DNA of 32,000 nt from Wallemia ichthyophaga EXF-994. Taxonomy: Eukaryota; Fungi; Basidiomycota. Shown in pieces: positions 1 through 12,143 of this stretch. Position numbers and translations under genes: made by a program. Location: contig NW_008806277.1 of NCBI RefSeq assembly GCF_000400465.1, positions 150,001 to 182,000 on the forward strand. The letters run 5' to 3'. Numbering within the stretch: the first letter of the stretch is position 1; every line of letters starts with the position of its first letter. A model generated the notes under the pieces. That model did not search any database, had not been told where the DNA came from, and saw only the letters and a list, made by a program, of their open reading frames with translations.

Positions 1-1
1 A

Positions 2-701
2 AGGTTTGTGGGTGCTTCACCTGAAACGCTCTGCAGGGTAGAGAACAACAAGGTGTTTAACCACGCAATTGCTGGTACTGTCAAAAGAGGTAAAACTAAA
101 GAGGAAGATGAGAGGCTGGGAGAAGAGTTATCTCAATCTGAAAAGGATAGAGCTGAGCACATTATGCTTGTCGATTTGGCGAGAAATGACGTCAACAGAG
201 TCTGTAAACCAGAGACTGTCAATGTCGACGAGCTGATGAAGGTCGAAAGATTCTCTCACGTCATCCACCTAACTTCACAGATATCTGGACAGCTGCGTGA
301 AGGAAAGTCTCGCTTCGATGCTTTCAGATCCATCTTTCCAGCTGGGACCGTGTCCGGTGCACCAAAAGTCAAGGCAATGGAGCTGATCGGTGAGCTGGAG
401 GGTGAACGCAGAGGAATATACGCCGGTGCAGCTGGTAGATTTGATTTTGCAGATAATGAAATGGATACGTGTATCGCTATCCGCACCATGACATTTAAAG
501 ATGGCGTAGCATACCTGCAAGCAGGTGGTGGGATTGTGTATGACAGTGTTGAAGAGGACGAGTATATCGAGACTATAAACAAGCTTATGGGTAACGTCAA
601 ATGCATAGATCAAGCCGAAGGTAGGTTGTTGTTTTCCGCGTTTGCCTGATACTTCTAACACGCACACAGAATACTATCGTATGCTTAACGGTGAACTATA
701 A
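2..701 (+). CDS. TRP2: Anthranilate synthase component I, 3' part only (gene begins before the window)
   Basis: Chorismate-binding domain motifs [34 protein letters not shown] and [10 protein letters not shown]. Intron 621-669 (gtaggt...ctaac...cag) gives the C-terminus [12 protein letters not shown] with TAA at 699-701. Confidence 0.95.
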
Positions 702-799
702 AAAGGACGCTATGTAATTAATGTATGAATACAGATAACATGGAAACATGGCCGTGCTCGATGGATGCGCGATGGTGAAAATTTCCCAAACATCACCAC

Positions 800-1579
800 T
801 CATCTGCCTAATATCTGGGCAGCCTTTCCAATAATACCTTTTTTTTCAAGTACACGCTCGACGGCACGCTCAACAAAGCCTTCCAATGCGATTCGCTTTC
901 CCTGTGGCGTGCTCTTGCCCTCTCCATCAACGTTCTCAGCCTCTTCGAAGAGAGCTTCGACTGCATTTTCTACGTACTTGCCAACCATATCGACTTCAAG
1001 GTTGACGGTATTGCCTGGCTTCTTGGCAGAGAGGGTAATTTGAGATTGTGTGTAGGGTATGAGCATCACTCCGAAGCTCTTTTCGCGAGTATCGACGTGT
1101 GTGACGGTGAGAGAAGCACCATCTATAGTGATATAACCTTTAGGAATGATATAAGGTGCAATGTTATCTTTACCGTGTTGCTTCGGTGGAATTTCCATCT
1201 TGTAGCGCAACGACGCGCCATCGCTATCGACCTGCATAATGCGCGTAGTGGTATCGACGTGGCCCTGAACAATATGACCACCCAGTCTAGTCCCGACTTG
1301 CATTGCCCTTTCGAGGTTCACCTCATCGCCAACTCTCAGCTCGCCAAGGTTCGTGCGCTGTAAAGTTTCCGGGGCTAAACCGACTTTGAAGCAAGTGGAT
1401 TCGAAGCTTACAACGGTAAGGCAGGTGCCATTTATAGCGATACTGTCACCGTTGTGGCAGTCACTGAGTAAATCGTGCGTGGTGCTGAGTAAAACACTCC
1501 AGCCACCATTCTCAGATTCATCCATCTGCTCAATTCTTTGTACTTTGCCTACAGCCTCAATTAAACCAGTGAAAACCAT
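800..1579 (-). CDS. RIB5: Riboflavin synthase (alpha chain)
   Basis: Intronless 259-aa ORF starting MVFTGLIE. Two lumazine-binding repeats (GDSIAINGTCLTV, VNLERA, GGHIVQGHVD; KGYITIDGASLTV, VNLEVD). Confidence 0.96.
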   Translation of the reverse strand: MVFTGLIEAVGKVQRIEQMDESENGGWSVLLSTTHDLLSDCHNGDSIAINGTCLTVVSFESTCFKVGLAPETLQRTNLGELRVGDEVNLERAMQVGTRLGGHIVQGHVDTTTRIMQVDSDGASLRYKMEIPPKQHGKDNIAPYIIPKGYITIDGASLTVTHVDTREKSFGVMLIPYTQSQITLSAKKPGNTVNLEVDMVGKYVENAVEALFEEAENVDGEGKSTPQGKRIALEGFVERAVERVLEKKGIIGKAAQILGR

Positions 1580-1696
1580 TTCGCTGTGAGTGAGTGTGCT
1601 GAGCCAAGAGCCAACGTCAACTTGATGATATGCGTGTTATTGAAATATTTGTGGATTTAATTCATTTCTTTATTCTTAACCACCAACAGCTATCAA

Positions 1697-3753
1697 ATGT
1701 CAACAGCAACGGCAACACCAGCAATCCCGGCGACAACGAGAGATGAAGCAACTCAGAGCAACTACGAGGAGATTTCATCCACGCATCTCCATTTAGACTG
1801 GCAAATCGTCTGGGAGATGTCCGAGATAACCGGTGTCGTCACTCACTCACTGGTTGCGCACAAGCACGGCGTGCATGAGGTGCACTTAGATACGAGTTAT
1901 TTGAAAATACGCCGTGTTTCCACTGCAAGGCATAATCAAAGTCTCAACTTCAAATTGCAACAGCGAGATGCCACAATGGGGAACAAATTGGTTATCTACC
2001 TCCCACACAAGCTCAACGAGAGTGAAACGATTGATATCACAATCAACTACTCGACCACCAAGTATTGCACTGCACTGGCTTGGCTTGGGAAAGCCCAGAC
2101 TACTGGTGGTGACTACCCCTACGTCTACAGTCAGTGTGAAGCAATTCACGCTAGATCACTCGTCCCCTGCCAAGACACGCCTGCGCGCAAGTTTACCTAC
2201 TCTTCCAAGGTCAGAAGCACCCTACCTGCCCTCATGTCAGCTCTGAGAGTGGCACCTGCGAAAGACACGCCATTAGATGAGTTGCTTGGGAAAGACGTCG
2301 TTTATGAGTATAACCAGCCCATCCCAATGCCCTCATATCTGATTGCAATCGCGTCTGGGAAGCTAGCCTTTAAGTCTTTCGATGTACCAAGCGGTGTGGT
2401 GTGGAACGCGGGTGTATGGACCGAACCAGAGTAAGTTTGAGCCAAAACTACTATTCGCAACTTCCTAAACATTTCTCAGACTTCTTACGTCGTCTTACGA
2501 CGAATTCAATGAAGACATACCAAAGTATATCCAAAAAGCAGAACACTTGACTGGTTCAGAGTATGCGTGGGGGACATACGATATTCTCGTCCAGCCAAAA
2601 AGCGCACCATTCGGAGGTATGGAGAATGTCTGTCTTACATTCGCAACACCAACTCTCCTTGCTGGAGATAGAAGCCTGACGGACGTGTTAGCGCACGAGA
2701 TTAGTCACTCGACATTCGGCAATGACATCACTTGTTGTCAATGGAACCACTTCTGGGTCAACGAAGGCTTCACAACGTACATGGAAAGACTCATCTTGCA
2801 GTTCATGCATTCAAAAGCAGATCGCGACTTCTCATACATTATCGGAAGGAAGGCCTTGCAAGAAAGTCTGGAGGAGATGGAAAACGAGCGCAGATACCAG
2901 AAATTGGTCATACCTTACCGCGCTGGAGAAGATCCAGATGATGGGTTTTCCAGCGTACCTTGTGAGTTTGTGTCATTTTGAGTGCTCCTCTAACACTCAA
3001 GCTAGACGACAAAGGCGCAAATTTCCTCTACTACCTTGAAAAGACTGTTGGAGGCTTAGACGTGTTCCTGCCATTCGTCAGGAGCTATGTTCAGACATTC
3101 AAAGGAAAGAGCATTGCTACTGCAGACTTTCACACACATCTATTTGATTTCTTCAGTGGAGATAAGGCGGCAACGGAGCAACTCGACAAGGTTGATTTTG
3201 ACGCTTGGTACAATGGCACAGGATTGGTAGGTAATAGCTTTTGCGAGCTATGATACTAAAATATAAGCAGTCCCTGCCAGTCGAGTTGGACTACGATACA
3301 TCATTAGCTGATGCTGCCTTTGATTTGTCGGACAGGTGGAATCAAAGGCGCAACGCAAGTAGCAAAGAGTTAGAATCAACCTTTCACGCAGACGATATAA
3401 AAAACTTCAACTCGAACCAAAAGGTGGTGTTTTTGGAGAAGTTGCAGTCCTATCCAGCATTCAAAGAGGAGGTACCGAAAGCCATTGCTAAGGTGTACGG
3501 TTTCGATGAGGCACAGAATGCTGAAATAAGATTCAGATTCTACATCCTCGCTCTCAACTGTGGTAAGACTTATGCTAAAGCTGCGGCAGAATGGGTAGCA
3601 CACCAAGGTAGAATGAAGTTCTGCAGACCGTTATTCAGATCGTTGAACAAGGTTGATAGCTCACTAGCTTTGAAGACGTTTAAAGACAATGAGAACTTCT
3701 ATCACCCAATTGCAGCCAAGCAGATTAGAAGAGATTTGAAGTTGGATAAGTGA
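1697..3753 (+). CDS. LAP2: Leukotriene A4 hydrolase-like M1 zinc aminopeptidase
   Basis: YSQCEAIHARS, PCQDTP, GGMEN, HEISH...NEG (HExxH-x18-E), SSVPYDKG and GRMKFCRPLFR motifs. Introns 2431-2479, 2962-3005 and 3227-3270 join four ORF-track fragments in frame. Confidence 0.93.
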
Positions 3754-3824
3754 ATGCTATTTGACTGCTATGCAATAATGTATAAATCAATACAGGAAGA
3801 AACATTACAATTTAAGTTTTGCTA

Positions 3825-5649
3825 TTACTTGCTACCAGGCAACTTGTCGCCTTGTTGTGGAATATGTGTGAAAGCGCCTTTTGCAAACCACTTATCATTC
3901 GCCGCTTTGAGTTTACGCTCATTCTCGGCGTTTTGATTAGGATTAGCCAACTCAATACCCTGGAATGGAGTAATGGACAGACTAGACGCAGTACCACTAG
4001 TTGCTGTTCCTGAAGTTGCCTTCGATGGACCACCTAGCAATTGAGTGCGAATTTTATTTTGTTTGCTCATTTTAGCTCTACTTTTAGAATCAATTGCACT
4101 AGCTCTCAATTTACCAGATTCTTTGCCCAGCATACCGAGACCTCTAGTCTCACCACCGAAAGCATCAGTCTCTTGCTCTTGTTCACCAAATTTGACGCGG
4201 TTGCTGAGTTGACGGAGCTCTGTCATACCATATGCTTCCTTAGCTTTACGTGCTCTTCTTCCACCCCTCCTCTTCTTCTTTCCGTCTTCGGATGGTACTG
4301 GAAGTGCTTTTGTTACTTTCAAAGGAGGAGGTTCAGCCATTTTTTCGAAATGCTTTTCTAGTTTAGTTCTTAGCATATCTCCGTAGTTGCCTTCTTTGCT
4401 ACCACCCTCGAGGTCCACTCTAGCGGCTAAGACCACCTTACCGGAAACAGTGCGCTGAGCTTTAAGCTTGTGTTCTGGTTCGCAAGACTGCACAAGATCA
4501 GACTGGAAAATGAAACCAGTATGTCTGTTCATAGTTGCTGTGGATTGGCCTGTCGGTGTCTTCTTCATAGCACCTAGGAGGTAGACATTACACGAAGGCA
4601 TCTTAGCTAAAGCTTGCAGACCACCCGCTACACCTATCAGCTTTGCTGCGGTTGTCGTACCAACGATAGCAGACACGTTGGGCGAGAGTATATTCATACG
4701 CGACTGAACATATTCGAATATCTGAAGGTAGTGAGTGAGTGTGAGTGTGAGTGTGGTGAAGTAATGCAAATATATTCACCTTCCGTTTGGCATCTTCTAG
4801 CTCTTTGTGCACTTGACATGCAGCGTCTACTCTGTGCCACTCGTCGTGCGATAATTGACGACCATCTGCAGTTGTAGCGCTGACAGTAATGACCATGATA
4901 GTATGGCCTTTAACGACATCCTTCAGTGGAGCTTGTGAAATGTCTTGCAAGTTTCCAATAGCTTGTACAACGCGTAAGTAGACTGTAGGTTCTGGTACGA
5001 GAGTGTCTAGACCGGGAAACTTAGCGTGATAGTGATCTCTAACGAATTTGTGTACGATGAGAAGCTCATTATCAACCTCGACAGCTAAATTGTTAGCTTT
5101 AACGATGATATCGTATTCAGGGTTATCGGCGAGTGAACCACCTTTGACAAGCTTTGGGTGAAGGAGGAATTCGTCAATGCCCTGATGATTTGTTAGTGAG
5201 TTGTAAAAGGATAGACTGGTGACTCACCTCAAGTACGTCTTTCATGCGCTTTGAGGATGTTAGAGGTGCTACTTTCCTGACATCTAGAACCTTTTCAAGC
5301 TTGAAGCCTTCAACAGCTTCTGCATCAAGCTCATCTGCTGGTCTGACACCACCTGTTGGTACGTATAGCTGACCATCCTGGAGTTGTACCTGGTTTGGAT
5401 CTTTGGGTTGGTCATCTTGATCCATTTTCACATCGTCCTGATCAGCTCTTAGTGGGGATATTGCTGATCTTTTGCCATTTCCATTTGTGGTTGTGGTTGT
5501 GGCAGTGGCAGTGTCTTCTCCAGTGGCATCTTCACCGGCATCACCGGTTTCTTCATCAGATAAGCCATCTAGATCGTCGATAAGCTCTTGTGCGAGTGAC
5601 TGATAGGCTGTTAGGTGGTTTAATCGGTAAAAGCGCTGAGACAGACCAT
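3825..5649 (-). CDS. PRP31: U4/U6.U5 tri-snRNP splicing factor Prp31 (~557 aa)
   Basis: [19 protein letters not shown]-terminus, NOP domain ([21 protein letters not shown]), [15 protein letters not shown] and [14 protein letters not shown]. Exons 5649-5647 (ATG only), 5599-5228, 5181-4780 and 4721-3825 sum to 1674 nt. Confidence 0.93.
4731..4756. repeat. Short (GTGA/GT)-type microsatellite inside PRP31 intron 3
   Basis: gtgagtgagtgtgagtgtgagtgtgg lies within the 4722-4779 intron. Confidence 0.6.
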
Positions 5650-6153
5650 CAAGAACGATCGATGATGAAAGTTCGGGACCAAAGATAATCAGAGATAGCG
5701 GGAAGGGGGAGTGATTGATGAGATGTAGTTTATTCAAGTCCTCGTGGTCGTTTCAATAACCCTAATCAATAGGATATCAATGGCATTGAGATGATTAAAG
5801 TTATAGACACAAACTAACAACGTAGATTGATGTTATTTAGTTTTGTAATGTATATCTATCAATATTTTTACAAAATCCGCGCCGAATAAAGCCAAAAAGT
5901 AGCATCGGAGATAATCGCGTTTATTTGAGGTACGCGGGTAATAAAGGGTATTTTGAGGGGAATGGAGGTGGATTAGAGGTGAATTCGAGTATAAATACGT
6001 AATTTCTAAGTAATACATTGTAATTTATAATCAATGGTATCCAAAATCCAGTCAAATGATATTCAAATGACGTTATTACGACGCCAAAAGCGTATTAACG
6101 AAGGGAATGAGAGCAAAATTGGGATAAGTATGGTTTAATAGAGGCTGGTATTG

Positions 6154-6187
6154 TATAAAACTCAAAACCAATCTCCCCCGAACAAAT
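6154..6187 (+). promoter_or_regulatory. TATA-like element and CCAAT box matching the CSAAT-N12-RWT CBC/HapX motif upstream of aconitase
   Basis: TATAAAA at 6154-6160; CCAAT at 6168-6172, a 12-nt spacer, then AAT at 6185-6187, about 60-90 nt before the ACO1 ATG. The motif is short and could occur by chance. Confidence 0.3.
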
Positions 6188-6246
6188 TACATAAACACTG
6201 AAATTTGATTCGTGAGGCTCAAACTTGTTTCATTAAAACATCCAAC

Positions 6247-8783
6247 ATGTTCTCACGCGGTGTAAGAAACTTGCGGCAATTCGCCACCCAAGCCAAACGT
6301 ATTGGTGATCAGAAGGTGGATATGTCCTTGATGTGAGTACTTGAGTATTCCTTGGTCGCTGATCCTGATCTCACTCCAAATCCAGCGAAGCAGGTCAAGG
6401 CAAGTACATTAATTACCAAGTGAGTTTCGTTTGAATCTAGTAAGAATCCCCGCTTACTCATTTACAGCGCATCGAAGACAACCTCAACGTTGTTCGTTCT
6501 CGGTGAGATTTACCGTAGCCGTCTAACCAATCAAATCTTACCAATTACCAGCCTCAATCGTCCTCTCACTCTCTCCGAGAAGATCGTCTACGGCCACTTG
6601 GACAACCCAGAAGAACAAGATATCGAAAGAGGAAAGTCTTACCTGAAGCTTCGTCCGGATGTGAGCAACTCAGCCAATCAGATGTTCTTAATTTCTAACC
6701 CGTTTTACAGCGCGTTGCTTGCCAAGATGCTACTGCTCAAATGGCTCTCCTTCAATTCATGTCTGCTGGTCTCCCAACCACAGCTGTACCAACTACCGTC
6801 CACTGTGATCACTTGATCGAGGCTCAAGTTGGCGGTGTTGCCGACTTGGCCCGTGCCAACGACCTCAACAAAGAAGTTTTCGACTTCTTGTCAACCGCTA
6901 CTCAGAAGTACGGTATTGGCTTCTGGAAGCCTGGTTCTGGTATCATTCACCAAATCGTTCTTGAAAACTACGCCACTCCTGGTTTACTCATGATTGGTAC
7001 TGACTCCCACACTCCAAACGCCGGTGGTCTCGGTATGGTTGCCGTGGGTGTTGGTGGTGCTGACGCTGTTGACGTCATGGCAAACCTCCCATGGGAATTA
7101 AAGTGTCCAAAGGTTATCGGTGTTAAGCTTGAAGGTAAAATGAGTGGTTGGACTACTCCAAAAGATATCATTCTCAAGGTCGCTGGTATTCTCACCGTTA
7201 AAGGTGGTACCGGTGCTATCATCGAATACTTTGGTCCAGGTGTTGACTCGTTATCTTGCACTGGTATGGCAACCATCTGTAACATGGGTGCTGAAATTGG
7301 TGCTACCACCTCTCTCTTCCAATTCAACGATCGTATGACTTCATACTTGACTGCAACTGGTCGTAAAGCTCAAGCTGACTACGCTAAACAATTCGCTCCA
7401 AACCTCGTACGTGACCAAGACGCTGAATACGATCAAACTATCACCATCGACCTTAACGAGCTTGAACCACACATCAATGGTCCATACACTCCTGATCTTG
7501 CAACTCCACTCTCTCAATTTGCTGGTGAAGTTAAGAAGAACAACTGGCCACAAGAACTCAAAGTTGCCTTGATCGGTTCATGTACTAACTCTTCATACGA
7601 GGACATGACTCGTTCAGCTTCTATCGCCAAGGAGGCACACGACGCTGGTTTGTCTGCCAAATCTAGATTCACAATCACTCCTGGTTCTGAGCAAATTCGT
7701 GCAACCATCTCTAGAGACGGTGTTATTGAGAACTTTGAAGAAGTTGGTGGTATCGTTCTTGCCAACGCATGTGGTCCATGTATCGGTCAATGGGATCGTC
7801 AAGATGTTAAGAAGGGTGAAGCAAACTCTATCATCACTTCTTACAACCGTAACTTTACTGGTCGTAACGATGCCAACCCAGGTACCCACGCCTTTGTTGC
7901 TTCCCCAGACCTTGTCACTGCCATGGCCTTCGCTGGTGATCTCACCTTCAACCCAATGAAGGACACCCTCAAGACTGAAGATGGCAAGGACTTTAGATTC
8001 TCCGACCCAGCTGGTTATGAACTTCCACCAAAAGGCTATACCGCTGGTGAGAATACCTTCCAACCACCATCAGAGCACCCAGAACAAGTTTCGGTCGCTG
8101 TTGATCCAAACTCACAACGTTTGCAACTTCTTGAGCCATTCGACAAGTGGAATGGTGAAGACCCACAAGATCTCCCAGTTCTTATCAAAACTCGTGGTAA
8201 GTGTACCACTGATCACATCTCAGCTGCTGGTCCATGGTTGAAATACAGAGGTCACTTGCAAAACATCTCACAAAACTGTCTGATTGGTGCAATTAACGAC
8301 GCCAATGGCAAGGCTAACTCTGTAGAGAACCTTGAGACTGGTGAGTGGGGCCCAGTTCCAACTGTTGGAGCTTGGTACCGTGACCACGGCATAAAGTGGG
8401 TTGTTGTTGGTGATAACAACTACGGTGAAGGATCATCTAGAGAACATGCCGCACTTGAGCCTCGCTACTTGGGTGGTACAGCTGTCATTACCAAGTCTTT
8501 TGCTCGTATTCACGAAGCCAACCTCAAAAAGCAAGGTATGCTTGCTCTCAACTTTAAGAACGAGGCAGACTACGATAAGGTGCAACCAAACGACAAGATC
8601 TCTTTGAAGGGTGTTAAGGACAACTTCCACCCAGGATCTGAGCTCACCATGGTATGCAAGCACAAGGATGGCTCTGTTGATGAGTTCCCATTAACACACA
8701 CATACAACCAAGAGCAGATCCAATGGTTCATCAACGGCTCAGCTCTTAACTTGATGAAGGCTCAAGCTGAGGGTAAGGCTTAA
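6247..8783 (+). CDS. ACO1: Mitochondrial aconitate hydratase
   Basis: Presequence-like [14 protein letters not shown]; [50 protein letters not shown] and [10 protein letters not shown] motifs. Four 5'-clustered introns: 6333-6385, 6420-6467, 6503-6551, 6661-6710. Confidence 0.97.
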
Positions 8784-8979
8784 AAGATGAACATAGTATA
8801 AGCGCATTAATCTGTTTTTCTAATTATTTACACTGATTTTACTTATTCTAACTTTGTATTGAATTATACACAAACAATATGTAACCTAAGAGCAGTTGTA
8901 TAGTGCGCAGTTTGTTATAAGATGAAAAGCGTGCAGTGTATTGTAAGATGAAAATATAGTGGTATCCTTCTATATTAAA

Positions 8980-10220
8980 TTACAGTAGAGTTTCCAGTCG
9001 AACACCTTGGTCTAGTACCCGCGACAGCTTAATAACGCGTTCCTTGAGAGAAAGTTGTCGCAAAGCCATTATTTTTTCTATTGCGTGAAGTTGAAATTTG
9101 AGTTTATGGGAAGCGGAAACCTTGATAGTGATAGCGGCAGCGGACAAAGACTCTAAGAAAGTCTTGAAGCATCTGTCATCCCGAGCGAAGACGTATGTGG
9201 GTATAGGTTCACCCTGTTGGTAGAAACATAGAACTTGTGACCAACAAGCCATCATGACTAGATCAGCTATACCATTACTGAGGTAGTCATCCAGACTGGC
9301 AATCGTAGATGCACTCTTATCTAATCTCCATGTAGCGAACTTTCTCAGTTCATCGGTTGCTGTTTGGACAGGTTTGCTGAGTTGAGGGTGGTTTAGAGCT
9401 GCTGCGACGAGTTGAGTAGCATCGTTGATGAATTTGTCGCCCTCTTTGGTGCGTCAGCGGGTGCTACTCGGAGAATCGCAAAACTTACCACTCATAACGA
9501 GAGTTTGGAGGTAGGAAGCGAGGAGATCAGTCTGTTGGTGGAGTGAGATAGGATTGAGATGTGCATATAGGCGAGCTACCTACCTGACCAGTTGACAAAC
9601 CATGATCAATGGCTAGTTTTAAGTTTGTTCTTAAACTCTTGAGTATATCGCGGTTTTCAGCGGTTTTGAGGGTGTTTTCATCCATAGTGTTAACCCATTT
9701 GGACATTGCACCGACGAGGACAATAGCGATACCGTCATACTCTTTACCAAGTCTCATAGCATGGACTAGTGGGGTAGTCCCGCCGACCTTCTTCAAAAGA
9801 AGTTGGAAGGAGTGATCACGGCATGTCATGATGAACATGATGTCCTTTGTTTCAATAGCTTTGAATAACTCCCAAGGCATCAAAGGTCGCTTTGGTTTGG
9901 TTGTAAGTTCACTCGATTTCTTTACAAGTTTCTTGCCAATTGGGCTGATTGAAGAGCCTTGTAAACTATTAGTCAACGCCTCATTTAAATTTGATTGCTG
10001 GTGCTTCACGGATATTTCACATTTGGATATAGCATCATACTCTAATGACTTGAGCGGCGGCAACTGCTTGGGAAGTGTATAGAGAGAAGGCAAAATATTA
10101 TTTATCTTATCAGGAATTGGATTGATAACTAATCTGCCGTCATCGATATCGTTATCTGGATTATCCAATAGATATTGATAGTTGGCCATTAACGAGTACT
10201 TCTTCACCGTCCACCATCAT
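8980..10220 (-). CDS. Uncharacterised protein (~363 aa) with a degenerate ankyrin-like segment
   Basis: Exons 10220-10208, 10155-9584, 9531-9489 and 9443-8980 sum to 1092 nt in one frame, with 45-52 nt GT-AG introns. Contains PWELFKAIETKD...GGTTPLVHAMRLG...LRTNLKLAID. The 5' exon is less certain; an alternative ATG lies at 10189. Confidence 0.75.
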
Positions 10221-12143
10221 GTACGATAAATTGAGACTGTAAGTTAATTCTATTAGATTATGTTAACTCCCTCATATCCATTGAACAGCCTGTCTTCCAA
10301 ACAAGCGTACACTCTCGAGCCTCTCAGTGGCACTGGACAGTCACTCACCATCGATAGAGCTACTCGTGAATTAAATCTAGTAAACTCGCCCAAGGATGTA
10401 CACAGTGATGTTGATAGCGTCATCACACTATACGGTATACTCGGTATTATTCACCTCTCCACTACTCCGTTCCTCATTGCTATCAGCGACCGTGAACTCG
10501 CTGGTACAATCAATGGCTGTGATGTTTACAGAGCCACTGACTTTAAAATGTTCCCTATAGACCGCTCTTCCACTCTGTCTGAAATCCTTAAACATCCCGT
10601 CGACGGTGTTTTACTAGGTCTACTCAAAGATCACTTTAGAGACGGTAACTTCTTCTTTTCTCATTCTTTCGACGTTACAAGCAGTTTACAGAGGCAGCAA
10701 CGACACAACCAAGGGCCACTCCATCACAGATCGGACGATCGCTTCTTTTGGAACAAGTTCCTTCAAATGCCTTTGCTGGAATCTGAGCTTGATCTCAGCA
10801 AATTTATCCTCCCTGTCATCTACGGCTTCCTCGAGATTAAGCCAACGAGTATCTTCGGTCAACCCCTCTCCATTACCCTGATTGCAAGAAGATGCAGATA
10901 CAGAGCAGGTACTCGTTATTTTAGCAGGGGTATAGATAGTCATGGAAATGTTTCAAATTTCAACGAAACTGAGCAGATTGTACAAATCGGCAATAATACT
11001 CTCTACTCACACGTACAATGCAGAGGTTCTGTGCCTATTTATTGGTCAGAGATCAACACTCTCAGATACAAGCCTGATCTTCAAATAATGGACTTACCTC
11101 AGATAACTGAGTCTCTCAGACTACACCTCAGCTCACTCGTTGACCACTATGGCAAGGTCACCTGCATCAACCTTGTCAATCAAAAGGGTTATGAAAAGCC
11201 AGTTAAGGAGTGGTTCGAAGCTGCGCTTGACAAGATTGACCACCCCAACACTGATTACTTGTACTTTGACTTCCACAGCGAATGCAGCAAGATGCGTTGG
11301 GACAGAATCCAGATCCTGATTGATCGCCTAGATGATGACCTAAAAGCACAAGGCTATTTCAAGAAGGATGCTCAAACCGTATCTAATACCCAACAGAGTG
11401 TCTTCAGAACCAACTGCATGGATTGTCTCGATCGCACCAATGTAGTACAGAGCGCAGTGGCTAGAGTTGTACTCACTGCACAGCTCGCTGACGCTAATTT
11501 GATCGGACCTAGCGATCAGCTCAGTGATGATATTGGATTCAATTATCTCTTCAGAAATATCTGGGCTGACCACGCAGATGCTGTCTCCGTCACTTACAGC
11601 GGCACGGGCGCACTCAAGACCGACTTCACCCGCACAGGTAGACGTACACTCCAAGGAGCGTTCTGGGATTTAGTCAACAGCATAACGAGGTACATTAAAA
11701 ACAATTACTACGACGGCAGTAGACAGGATGCGTTTGATTTTGTGCTCGGCGCTTGGTCACCTCGTGTGTCAAATCCACGTGCTGTGATCAAAGACGACAG
11801 GTCTGCAATAACGAAAGCCGTGCCTTATGTACTGACATATTCACTCCTCGTGCTCATTTCGGGTGTTGTGTTGCCGAAAGAGAGAGGAAGATCACTGCTT
11901 ACGTTCTACCTCCTCTTCTCTAACCTCGTCGCACTCTCGTCCGTGTACCTAGTCGCGAACGGCAGGGAGTACGTCGCATGGCCTAAACTCAACCCTCTAG
12001 ACAGTATCATCAACTATAAAGGACCGGGTTATAGAGGCGCCATGCACGGTAGAGGCTTCGCTTGGGGCGTTGGATCTAGCGGCTTGCGCAGCCAGAGTGC
12101 TTCCTCTGTCGATGAGATCGAGATGGGTAAGAAGGCTAGTTAG
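10219..12143 (+). CDS. SAC1: Phosphatidylinositol-4-phosphate phosphatase Sac1
   Basis: RYFSRGID, SHVQCRGSVP, catalytic RTNCMDCLDRTN (CX5R), YSGTGALKTDFTRTG and two C-terminal hydrophobic segments. Exon 1 10219-10238 (MYDKLRL), intron 10239-10288 (gtaagt...ttaac...cag), total 1875 nt. Confidence 0.95.

Noticed and set aside
256-667. Minus-strand ORFs of 116 and 130 aa opposite TRP2, and similar antisense ORFs opposite ACO1 (6968-8063), SAC1, FCP1, UTP17, UTP25 and TRM2
   Set aside because: They lie wholly antisense to well-supported conserved genes, have no recognisable motifs, and are the expected by-product of codon bias.
2690-2730. LTA4H HEISHSTFGN variant (usual Trp replaced by Thr)
   Set aside because: All zinc ligands, GGMEN and the catalytic Tyr are retained, so this is ordinary divergence.
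10260-10288. ORF-track start of SAC1 at ATG 10260
   Set aside because: It falls inside a canonical 50-nt intron (gtaagt...ttaac...cag); the upstream exon MYDKLRL splices in frame. It is kept only as a fallback start.
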